The notes beneath the pieces were generated by a model, which did no database searches, was not told where the DNA came from, and saw nothing but the letters and a program-made list of their open reading frames with translations. DNA of 20,000 bases from Psammoneis japonica (taxonomy: Eukaryota). The translations under genes were made by a program, and so were the position numbers. Shown piece by piece: positions 10,781 through 20,000 of the stretch (positions within the stretch are counted from its first letter, which is position 1; each line of letters opens with the position of its first letter). The stretch is taken from NCBI GenBank assembly GCA_008632985.1, contig QPGO01000069.1, positions 418,442 through 438,441 of the forward strand, given 5' to 3'.

Positions 10781-11010
10781 TTAAACGCTGGGGCCCTGCT
10801 TTGTTGAGGTTGGAGTCCTGTGCTGTCAAAAACATGAATCGCGCCCGCCCACATGCATCGCGAGGTTGGATGCAGCTCTCTGACTCAAGTCACATGAAAC
10901 ACAACCCTTGGAAATGCTTCGCCACCTTCCTCATGCCAGCTTGCAACTCCTTTTCTGAACAAGCCAGAGGCCTGCTGACAGACATCCGAGATGGGGAGTG
11001 CACTCCCTTG

Positions 11011-11520
11011 TGTCGGACAGACTGGCACAGACAGCACAGAGAGATCCGATGATCTCTCTCTGCTCACTTTCTTTCTCATCTGGTGCACAATCATCATCTG
11101 TCCTAGATGTCCGTTGGATCATCCCGACACCGCCAGTCCGCAAGGTTGTGAGCAGCAGTGCGCTGTTTGTCTTCCTCAACACAGCTGCGCTGCAACGTTC
11201 ACTGTGTGATTTGGCGACGTTTCTCCGTTGAAATCGTCATCTTTGTCACAGCCATTTTTCTCACTCGATTTGTGATCATCACGACCACCGTAGACCACAC
11301 ACCAGTGTTCTGCGCGGGATTTTGATTTTTTTCCCGCGCAACCATGGTGCCGACTGAGCAAACTTCTGTCGATTTGACCAAGATCAAGTCGACACAGGTC
11401 GAATTCAAACCGCAAAATCACTTGCCTGATGCCCATCATTGCCTGAATGCACTTCATTCAGATGCGACACCTGCTCCTGAAGATCTTCTGGATGGTCTTC
11501 AATCTTGTTCATTCACCCAT
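11011..11520 (+). mobile_element. Truncated Copia relic: LTR ~11011-11142, PBS 11144-11153, leader, gag start at 11344
   Basis: Begins TGTCGGACAGACTG and is similar to the reverse complement of the 13747-13939 LTR. Followed by GGTTGTGAGC (cf. half-tRNAiMet PBS GGTTATGAGC). The ORF EFKPQNHLPDAHHCLNALHSD aligns with EFQAHTTMPHLHACLNEIHAD of the 1-2029 element. Confidence 0.65.
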
Positions 11521-12149
11521 GCCAACCTCCCCAACTCAGCCCCGCCAACCCTTCTCCTGCGCTCAAGCCGCCAAGCAACCTTCCCAAGACACCCATTCTG
11601 AAACCACCTTTTCTCTCTTTGCTGTGTCTTGGCACCCTCCTCTGCCCTCCTGACTCTCCTCACCTGCCCAGAAGTGCTTCTTCCCACCCTGCCGAGACAT
11701 TGACACCAACACTGATGCAGAAGCTCTGTGCCGCACCTCTTTTCACACCACCTCTTGGTTGGAAGGGGGTGCTGGGTGAGGTGGAGGTGCCAGAGGGCTC
11801 CATTTCTGGAGGGTGGACCTGAGGAGTTGGGGCTGTGATTGGAGCAAATGGCTTCTCTTGCAGCAGGGCAACCTGCTCCAGGGAGTGACAGGTGACATGG
11901 CATTGAGCACGTGCAGCAAAGGTGTGTCAACAGCATGGCAGTCATGTTGGCAGTGAACAAGATCCATGCTTTCAGAGGGGGTTGTGTTGTCAGGACCTGG
12001 CCCACCTCCTCTGGGACCATCTTGTCATGGCCCACAAGCACCAAAGCATTCTTTGAAATGTCCTTCTTGACTCCTTCTTTGAGCAACACAATCTTTGCCC
12101 TTGTTGATGCCATCAAAAAATGCTGAGATTTGTCTGTGCAACTCCTGCC

Positions 12150-12850
12150 TCAATGCCCACATTGCCAACAAGCACCATTGCCCCCACACCTCTGCCAGCC
12201 TTTGACTCATGTCTTCTGGCCACCCTTCAAAAAAAAATGCCTGGCTGGACCTCTTCCCTCCAGTGGCCTGAAGCCCTCACTCTCACACCTTTCCCTTTTT
12301 TGAGCCTCCCTCTGGCACAAGCTGTCCTCATCCTCCTGCCTCCAAGCTTGTCACACCCTCCACCCTCTCATCAGCATTGACACCTCTGCCCCCTTTTGGA
12401 CAATGACTCCCCTCCCCTTGGCAAACCTCTTCAGCCCCTTGTTGGAAACTCCTTTTTCTTTTCAAGTCCCTTGTTCTTTGCCCCCAACCCAAGACATCTG
12501 ACCAGCCACACTTGTTCTCTGCCCTCATCTCCAAGTGCCTTCCCTTTTTTGAAACAGCCCAGTTTGCTCTTTGGATGACTCCTCTCAAGTCTCAAGCAGA
12601 GCCTCCCCCACCACCCCTTCTGATGACCCACCCAATTTGATGCCTCTTTGCCAGCATCCCAACCAGCACCATGACCACCATCTTCAATGGCCACCCTTCC
12701 TTCAGCATGAAGGTTTTGTCCAAGGTTGCCCCCCTGGCCCCACTTTCTTGAGCCTTGTCCTCATGTGTGTGCTCACCCCACTTGACCAAGAACTGCATGC
12801 CAGTGCTTCTTCCCTCCCCACTCCTCCCCAGATCCAGCACACCAGCCATT
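12150..12850 (+). mobile_element. CRE-like non-LTR retrotransposon relic, reverse transcriptase N-half
   Basis: PLGKPLQPLVG (~12410-12450; cf. RPI..G..LRRL) and QHEGFVQGCPPGPTFLSLVL (12703-12762; RT motif G..QGCPLSP). Strongly C/T-rich sense strand. Boundaries approximate. Confidence 0.6.
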
Positions 12851-12879
12851 GGAGTGCAGATCACAGACAGAAAATGGAA

Positions 12880-13285
12880 GGTGTCATTGTTCTGCAGGCT
12901 GAAAAAATGGTCGGGAGACAAAGAAAAATCCTTTTGGGAACAAAAAATGATGTTGGCTTGATTGGATCACAAAATGATGGAGTCAAAAAGAGAGCACATC
13001 ACAGAGTTCAGCAACACAGCTCAAGGCCACAACCTGAAAGAGTGCTGAAGGGCAAAGAGAATGTGGTGACATGACAGGCTCCCCAAATGCTGGGGCTGTG
13101 GCGGTGGTGCAAGCACCAGCAGAAGAGAATGAGAGGAGGACAGCAATGTGGCAGACTCCATGAGCACCAGGGCTGTGACAACATGAGCACCATCAGAAGA
13201 GAATGAGAGGTGGATCTCAGAGAGATTTGCTCATCAGTCCAAAAGGGTGGTCTGGTCATCATCCATGTTCAGTCTGTCCATGGTG
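12880..13285 (-). mobile_element. Copia LTR (partial, ~13285-13035) + PBS-like (13034-13023) + leader fragment
   Basis: Clear nucleotide similarity to 1770-2005 (CAGAGTTC..ACACAGC.CAAGGCCACAACCTGA, CTGTGACAACATGAGCACCA, GGTCTGGTCATCATCC). Confidence 0.7.
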
Positions 13286-13289
13286 TGAA

Positions 13290-13939
13290 GATTGCTTTCT
13301 GGAAAAGATTTGCAACCAGCAGCTCTTCTGCAGGGTCTTTGGTCTCTGGTGGGCTCACATGATTGAGGGCATGTTCTTGCAAGAGATCAGCCACAGCATC
13401 TTATGATTTTGCACGTTTGGCATCACAAAAAAAAGTTGAGCCCAACGGTTCTTGAGCCACCACAAAGGCAGCACAAGTGCTCAGAAGCCCCACTGCAGTG
13501 AGGACACAGTTGGAACACTGTGCTGATCTCCACAAGGGAGTCAACGACAGTCTTTTTGAGGGTCAGATGTGCCACGGTGGAGGGCAAAAAATGCACACAC
13601 ACCACAAAACAATTTTGTTGACAATGCTGGGAAATGTCAGCTGCAGAAACAAAAAATGGGCTGGCTTGATTGGCTCACAAGCAAAACAAGCCATGGTGGA
13701 ATTTTCAACACAGAAAAGAGCACAAACTGCTCACAAGGCCACAACCAGTCAGAACAGCAACAGCCAGCTGAGCTGACAAGCACAAGAGTCCTCTCTGTAA
13801 ACTGGCAACAGCAACAACACATGCACTGGTGAGAAAGAGTGAGAAGAGCAGATCTCAGAGAGATCTCACTCATCTGTCTGAAGGGTCTGGCTGTCATCCA
13901 TGTGCAGTCTGACCATGTGCAATGGTCAGTCTGCTGACA
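13290..13939 (-). mobile_element. Copia relic: LTR 13939-13747 (TGTCAG..CTGACT), PBS-like 13746-13735, leader and gag N-terminus
   Basis: Shares AAGGCCACAACC and LTR sequence with the other copies. Minus-strand VADLLQEHALNHVSPPETKDPAEE aligns with VADLLQDCLVNQAFPPCTVDPADM at ~1500-1425. Confidence 0.7.
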
Positions 13940-15200
13940 CTCTCACAATGACAGCCCAGCTTGCTGCCTCTCTGTTTCTCTTGGCAGCGCTGGCTGCCAT
14001 GACATTCCTGATGCTGCAGCTGTCCTGCCCTCTCTCCATCTCTCTTGCCCACTCTCTCCTCTTTGCCAAACAAGGCATCCACTCAACAGGTGCTGACCAA
14101 CACTTTTGCCTGCCTCCCAGCTGGTCTGCTGCCCTCTCCTCCTGGTCTGACCCGTGCCAATTTTTGATTCCTTGCCACTGCCCTCTTCCAACTTGACTCT
14201 CCCAGCTTTTCCTCTGTGTCTTCTTCTGTCTCCAATCACATCCTCCACAGTCTTCCTCAACAAACAACCCAACTTTGCTGTCATCAGCACAGTGCCCTTC
14301 TCCTGCTCCTGTGCCATCCTGACCTCCAACTGGCCCTCTCTTCCCATTTCTTTTTTCCTTGCTAACTTGTGCCTCCATTCCCTCTCACAAGCCCATCCAA
14401 GTGACCATCTCTCATCCTCGTCCCATGTCTCCCTCCTCCTCTTCCTCTGCAAGCTCCACCCCCCTGCTGTCCTCCCTCCAACCTCTGACACACCTGCCTT
14501 GTTGCCCCTGTGGACAGCACGGCTCAGAGATCCCTTTGGTGGCCATGCGCTCACTTGCTCCAAGATGCGTGCAAGGGCCCTCTCTCCAGTGGCGTCTTTG
14601 ACAAAATCTGTGATGTCATTGAAAACTGCGGTCCTCTCAGCAGCATTTGTCACTCTTGTCATCTCATGTCCTTCTCAAACTGCTGGCTGGTCATCCCAAT
14701 CCCTGACTGCCATCTCAAGTGACCTGCCAACATTGAAGCACAGCTTGCGCCAGGCTCAATGTGGCCTCCCTGTGCTCTGTGCTCCCTCCATCCACCACTT
14801 CCTTGCTTTCAATGTCATGGTCCCTCCAGCTCCTCCCCATCCTGCACTTGGTTGCCTGCTCCTTCCAGCTCACTTGCCAAGGCTTGCCTCAGCTGCACTT
14901 GTGACAACCTTCTGGGGTGCAGCGCCCCTTCCAACAGCAGCTCTTTTGTCATCATTGCAGTCAACCAATCCAGCCTTTTTCTTCTCCCCTTCACTCTTGA
15001 TCACTGGGGTGGAATGGGCTGCCATTTCCACACCCTCTTCTTTGGCCACTCACCCAACAACTCTTCCTCTGTCCCACCCCTGCATCCCAAGCTCCCCTGG
15101 AACAACCAGTCCAACTTCTCTCATTCTCATGCTTCATTTTTTTCATCCCACAAATCTTCTCTTGCTCCTTTTGCCAGTCAACCTCCTTGTCCAAGCCACC
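13940..15200 (+). mobile_element. CRE-like non-LTR retrotransposon relic, C-half: RT thumb, CCHC finger, restriction-like endonuclease
   Basis: In order across frameshifts: VSLGSAG (cf. LP...GGLG, ~13975), CPCG..DPFGGHALTCSK (14503-14564), DKICDV (cf. H..IRD), K*PANI (cf. RPADI, 14717-14734), LAFNVMV (cf. AFDVTV, ~14805), PFTLDHWGGMG (14987-15019). Confidence 0.65.
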
Positions 15201-15944
15201 ATCACCTGGAAACAACTTCCCGCCAATTGTTTTGGCTCTGTCCATCATTCATCTGCCCCCCAGTCAATGGTCTGTTCAATTTCTTGGTGCCTCAACCTTG
15301 GCCTGGCTCTTTCCAACCACCTGCCAATCCTTTCTTTGCTTTGCTGCCCCCCTCTGCTTCCTTCCATCCATCTGTCTGCATCTCTGAGCCCAGCCTTGTT
15401 TTCCAAACCCAGTCACCACACACACTTGCACTGCCCCCCTGATCCTTTTGTGCTGCAATTTTCCCTTTGTTGCCACAAAACAACTTGGCCAAGTTGGAGC
15501 AGACCCTGATGGCTTCTGCAGCATTGCACAATTGAGTGGCAAGTCAATGCTTCCACACAGACATCTGCTTGTGTCAGTGCCTCCACATGCAAAATGTCAA
15601 GTGACTGTTGCATCCTGCAGCCTCATTGGAGCTCTTTTCAAATGAAAAGAAAGGCGCCATTGGTGCTGGGAGGCAGAACACAGCAGCGCACACTCTCAAG
15701 AAAAGAATGACAGGTGCAAAAACAGAGCAGAGGAAAGAAAAGCAACCACACAATGATGGCTGATTTGTCATCATCCATCCATCCATTTTCATCTTGTGGC
15801 AGAGAATTTGGATGTTGGATGTGAGCCCAATGAAAACTTCCATTGTCCAGATCATGATGGATTGGGGGGGGGGGGGGGATCTCTTGCTTGTTGCAGTGCT
15901 TTCATGTGTGCCAAACAACAGATTGTCAAAGGCTGGCTGTTGTG

Positions 15945-16190
15945 CCAAGTTGAATGCCATCTGCAATGCCACCCCACAGTGTCATGTTGAAATGCTGGCC
16001 ACCACCACATTGTGTTGAATGCCATCTGTGCAGTGTCATGTTGAATGCTGGCCATCATCATGTTGCATCAAACACCATCTGCAGTGTTTTGTGCTGTCAT
16101 GTTGAGTGTTGAATGCTGGCTGTCACATCACATCAAATGCCGTCCTGTGTGTTGCGTCAAATGCCAGCTGTTGCATCATGTCAAATGCAG
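15945..16190. repeat. Degenerate minisatellite with core (TG/CA/CG)T(TG/CA)AATGC
   Basis: Repeated TGTTGAATGC, CATCAAATGC, CGTCAAATGC and TGTCAAATGC units with variable spacers. Confidence 0.75.
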
Positions 16191-16415
16191 TTGATCAAGA
16201 TGCTTCAGAGCAGCAAAGTTCAGTTGACACATCAAAAAACAAAATTAGACAAACCAACAGCAACAGAGGCACAGGTGAAAAAGTTGTCAAAATCATTGCT
16301 GCCTGCTTCACTTTTCTTGCTGCATTCTGGAACCCTGGCCTTTTGAAAAAGTTGTGGGCTCTTGTTGGCATCATTTCTGCCAACACAAGCTCATGACCCC
16401 AGTCCCTTGCAGCAT

Positions 16416-17294
16416 CTAAATTGCGCTAATTCCACCTTGCATGAGCTTCCCACTGTTGCCCTCAATGAGGTCACAAACTCTGTTGGAGATGTGAACAGAT
16501 GCATTGTCTGCAACCACAGCCAAGCCTGGTTCATAAAGACAGCATTTCCAAAGTGCAGGAACCACTTTTTCTTCCACACGAGCCTTGAATCTGGCCATGT
16601 CCACTGTTCCACATTCTGTGTCTTTGTTGTTGGGATGATTGCGCACATGCTCCACCATCTTGCAAGATTCTTTCACAAACCCAGCATGTCATCAGAGGCA
16701 ATTGGGGGTTGCACCACTTGTGGAAATCTTTCTCAAAATGCAAATCAACCACAGGTGGATTGTCCAGTTCCTCCCACCCTCCAGCAGGCACATTTTGTTT
16801 TGGCTGTTTCATCAAGAAATGCAGCTGTTGTGGGTTTTGGTGGGAACACATCCAGCCATCTTTGATGCCACTGCTTTTCAGCTTCACACCTCTGTTGGGC
16901 ACAGACTGCAGCCTTCTACAAGCTGTGGCCAAGTCAAAACAGTTGGCACCATGTGTCACTTGGGCTCCATGTTTTGCCATGTCTCTCCTTTCTGTTGCCA
17001 GCTGCATCTCATCAAGGTGCAAATGGGGCATCTCTCTTTGATGGCATGGAGCACATCATGATTGTCAGCTTCAGAAAATGAACAAGCAGCTCTTGTTGTG
17101 ACATCATGCCATCTTTTCCAGCTTCTTGCTCTGTGATGAGTTTCAGCTTTCATCTCACCAGGCTGGAGCAGATGAAGCCACTTCCAAAAGGTTTTGCATG
17201 GGGTGCTCTTCATCCAAGAGCCATCTGTTTCCTGCCAATCATCTTTGTTGAATGTTTGCACTTTGTTCCCATCATTCTTGCCAGCACAGCTCAA
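16416..17294 (-). mobile_element. IS630/Tc1-mariner-type (DDE_3) transposase relic, frameshifted and 3'-truncated
   Basis: In order: PHLHLDEMQ (cf. P.LYLDE.Q, ~17030), FLDETAK (first catalytic D, ~16810), GFVKESC, GTVDMARFKARVEEKVVPAL, VVADNASVH (second D, ~16505), RVCDLIE. The PYSPDLNPIE segment is absent. Confidence 0.75.
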
Positions 17295-18257
17295 AGACTT
17301 GCCACCTGGCTAATCTGTTGTTGTTTCAACGTGTGCCTTTGGGATTTTCTTGTCATCATGCTGAACTCCACCATGGCTTCATGAGGCTGGAGGACACAAA
17401 CAAGCAAAGCAGTGCACTCCAGGTTTCACAGACCCCCCTGAATTGCATTGATTCTTTCTGTGCCCCCAAAATGGTTTTTGCTTCTTTCTTCTTGCCACAA
17501 AAAGAAGCCAGAGCAACCGCGATGCAGGAAGCTGCATCAAAAAAAAAAGTGCCATTGTTTGCATGGTGCATGACCACAACAAAAGGAGCACAGATTGTCA
17601 TGACAACAATGCTTGCCATGACAGTGCAGCATTCAGACACTCTTCTCAGTGCAACAAACAAATGATGTGAGCCACAAAAGCCAGTGGATGAAGCCAAATC
17701 AACAAAGCACAAACAACATGGCCAATGGCATGTGGTCAAAGCCCACAATTGTGTGGTGTGCAAAATGACTTTTTGTTGTGTGATGACACAACAATGCAAC
17801 AATCAGGCCTTTCTCAATGCAGTGAACAAACAATGCAGGCCATGAAAGCCAACAGATGAAGCTGAGTCAATGAAGCACAAACAACATCGTGGGGCTGCTG
17901 ACAGATGCAAAAACACGCAACATCAGTGGAAGTGGCTCTTTGAGTGCTTCTCAATGAGCCCACAATCAATTTTTGAAAAAAAAGGCAAAAAAGCAGATTC
18001 TTGCATTGATTTCTGATTCAATGATGCCTGGCTGAATTTCAAAAGAGGTCAAATGGGGACAAAAGTGTGACAGCATCTCAACAAGTGCCACTGTGTGGCA
18101 CAGCTGCATTGAAAAAACTCACATTTTGCTTCTGCACATGCAAGATTTCATGCTTGGGGCAAAGTGTGCAGAGTGCTGGAGGGGCAAAAGTTGCAAGCTC
18201 AGAGTGGGGTTAATGGCAAAGAACAGAGACAATGGCAACAAATGCACGTGCACACAC

Positions 18258-18395
18258 GTGGTGCCACAAGGGCATGTTTGGTTGGAGGGTGATGCCCCGT
18301 TGTGCTCAACAGATTCCTGTCATTGTGGTCTGCCCAGCTCATTTGCAAACTTGCTTTGAGGTTGTTTGGGCTTTTGTTTGTGGCCTCTGGGGTGA
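18258..18395 (+). pseudogene. Fragment of mitochondrial inner-membrane peptidase IMP1/IMP2 (S26) C-terminus
   Basis: VVPQGHVWLEGDAPLCSTDSCHCG..LL*GCLGFCLWPLG versus family consensus VP.GHVWLEGDN...S.DSR.YGP....L.GR...R.WP; internal stop. Confidence 0.75.
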
Positions 18396-18779
18396 AGTCT
18401 GGACATGCATGGCTCCTCCAGTCTGTTTCTTCAATGAGAACAACCTGTGCTGCTGCTGTCGCCAGAACAAATGCTCTGAGACAGATGATGCAAGCTTCAC
18501 AGCTGACCTCACTCTGAATGGCCGCGGTCCAAAGTCAATGAATGCACTCTGTTTGTGCTTGACTGCCAGCCTGGCAAAGGCAAAAAGACACAGACCTGGT
18601 TTAAAGTTCTGTCACACCATTGACTGGCATGTTCAACATGGGCCAACCCACACTTCTGGCACACTGACATGCAGCAGAAGGGGAAAGGATTGGCCAGAAC
18701 TGGCATCACCTGATGGCAACACCTTTCAGAAATGACTGACAATGGGGTGGGCACCACAAATTGCAAAGTGCGTCACCTC

Positions 18780-19870
18780 CTTGATTGTGCTCCATTTGAG
18801 ACAACGCTTGCATGCAGAAACCCAGCTCTGCATTTTAGCCACACAGAGTGGGTGGGGTGTTTTCCTCTGCTGAGTCCAAAAGCAACTCTTGATCCTCTGC
18901 AAAACGGTTTTGACACCTGTTGCACACAGCCATGGATTCAGCCTCAGGAGCAAGACAATGATGTTGAGAAGTCTTTCTTGAGTCAACATCACAACCATGA
19001 ACTTGTTTGTTGTGTGACTGCCACATGCTGTGTAAATTGTGGGGAGCACAAAGCACTGTTGGGTGGCACCAGATGTTTAACAGGTGCCTGCTCAAGTTCT
19101 GGAACACTTTCCAAACCACTCACCTTCATGAAACTGGAGCCCACAACAAGCACCAAGCTCAAGAGGAGAACAAACCCCCTCCTGATTGAGTGCTCTAAGT
19201 TGGGCACTTCATTTGGAAATTGTGATGGGAGGTGCCATTTCATCATGGGTCCAAGCTTCAGGTGCAAAGAAGAGAAAATCTTCTGGAGAGGATGTGTGTG
19301 GTGTCAAGTTTGTTGCCATGCTTGTGAAGCCCTTGAGGGAACTTCCCATGCTGAGGCTCATCCGAGGGACACTTGACAGCGTGGTCACAGTCTTCCATGG
19401 GTGCTCACAAGACAAGCATCAGTGCCATCAGGCAGGATTGCACCTGCAAAGAACAATCTGTTTGTGGAAGAAGCAGACACAAGTGTCATCTGTTCTGACA
19501 ATGAACCAAGCTGGCGTGAGCGACCGTCCAGTCAATGAGAGCTGAGTCAGATGAGTGTTGCCAGCTGCACTCACACATGCACTCCAACAAGGGAGAAGCA
19601 ATGGCAGCACATTGCTTGGGGGTGCTTGAGCCTGGCAGAAACAATGCCATCTGATGACAAAAGTCAAGCTTGACAGCAAGGAAAGGGAGTTGCAACAGGC
19701 ATGTCATGAGAATGTCACCCATGAAGCTGATTGGCCAATCCATCAACTCCAACATTGACCCAAGCATTGAGGGGCAACAAGTCTACCAGGGATGTGCAAT
19801 TTTGATGACTTGTGAACCAAGACACTGGTGAGCCAACCATGAGGAGGAAGAATCCAAGTGAGAAACAATG
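18780..19870 (-). mobile_element. 3' part of an RNase H-containing non-LTR retrotransposon ORF2 (Ambal-like), degenerate
   Basis: In order: WFTSHQ...LPLNAWVNVGVDGLA (RNase H C-terminus, 19819-19730), CLSC..P.EDCDHAVKCP (CCHC knuckle, ~19420-19366), MWQSHNKQVHG (cf. W..RN...HG, 19027-18994). Boundaries approximate. Confidence 0.6.
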
Positions 19871-20000
19871 GCACACAACAGCTGGCAAACTTTGTTGACA
19901 ACACCCCAGTCTGAAGATGGGACATGTGCGCTGACAGGATTTGAACAGGATTTGGGGTGCGCGCGAAATGTCGCGCGCTGTTTGTTTGCCGCGCACAGTT

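Noticed and set aside
12592..12921. Chromodomain-like string VLD..QFLVKWGEH on the minus strand
   Set aside because: The plus strand of the same bases gives a better RT motif (EGFVQGCP), consistent with flanking CRE-like motifs.
14154..15509. 451-aa Ser/Leu/Pro-rich ORF as an intact gene
   Set aside because: Open only because TAA/TAG are missing; the recognisable CRE-like motifs are spread over several frames.
15864..15878. G15 homopolymer as a polypurine tract or G-quadruplex element
   Set aside because: No adjacent LTR recognised; homopolymer length is unreliable and no function is supported.
17670..17890. Two ~48-bp degenerate direct repeats (about 17672-17719 and 17840-17887) as evidence for strand-processive mutation
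   Set aside because: The repeat is real and differs mainly by CA versus TG, but one site has the opposite polarity and the sample is too small.
1..20000. Alternative genetic code or sequencing artefact as the cause of TA/Tyr absence
   Set aside because: Genes in the same contig use Tyr, TAA, TAG and TA normally, and depletion tracks element boundaries. Raw-read confirmation is still advisable.
10785..20000. Classical fungal RIP or CpG methylation alone
   Set aside because: RIP (CA->TA) enriches TA, and CpG decay does not remove TA; margins lose TA while keeping CG.

Overview
Eukaryotic nuclear DNA, most likely from a diatom (inferred from the bipartite plastid-targeting peptide, short GT-AG introns and diatom-type retroelement relics). 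A compact gene island at ~3450-10370 carries a 3-exon plastid transketolase (-), 3-exon ASF1 (+), a small putative zinc-finger ORF (-) and a BAP31/BAP29-like gene (+). It is flanked by two blocks of decayed mobile DNA: Copia LTR/PBS/gag relics, a tandem pair of Helentron/HINE-like elements, a TTAA-flanked MITE, a CRE-like and an RNase H-type non-LTR relic, a Tc1/IS630-like transposase relic and an IMP peptidase pseudogene fragment. The main discovery candidate is that the repeat blocks have almost completely lost the TpA dinucleotide: about 1 TA in bases 1-1680 and about 17 in 10785-20000, counted by eye. Paralogue comparisons and conserved protein motifs point to TA->TG/CA (A->G on either strand). 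This is separate from, and extends further than, ordinary CpG decay, suggesting a RIP-like, TpA-specific hypermutation process acting on repeats. Most ORFs listed in these blocks are by-products of losing TAA/TAG stops. All family assignments come from motif recognition by eye, not database searches.
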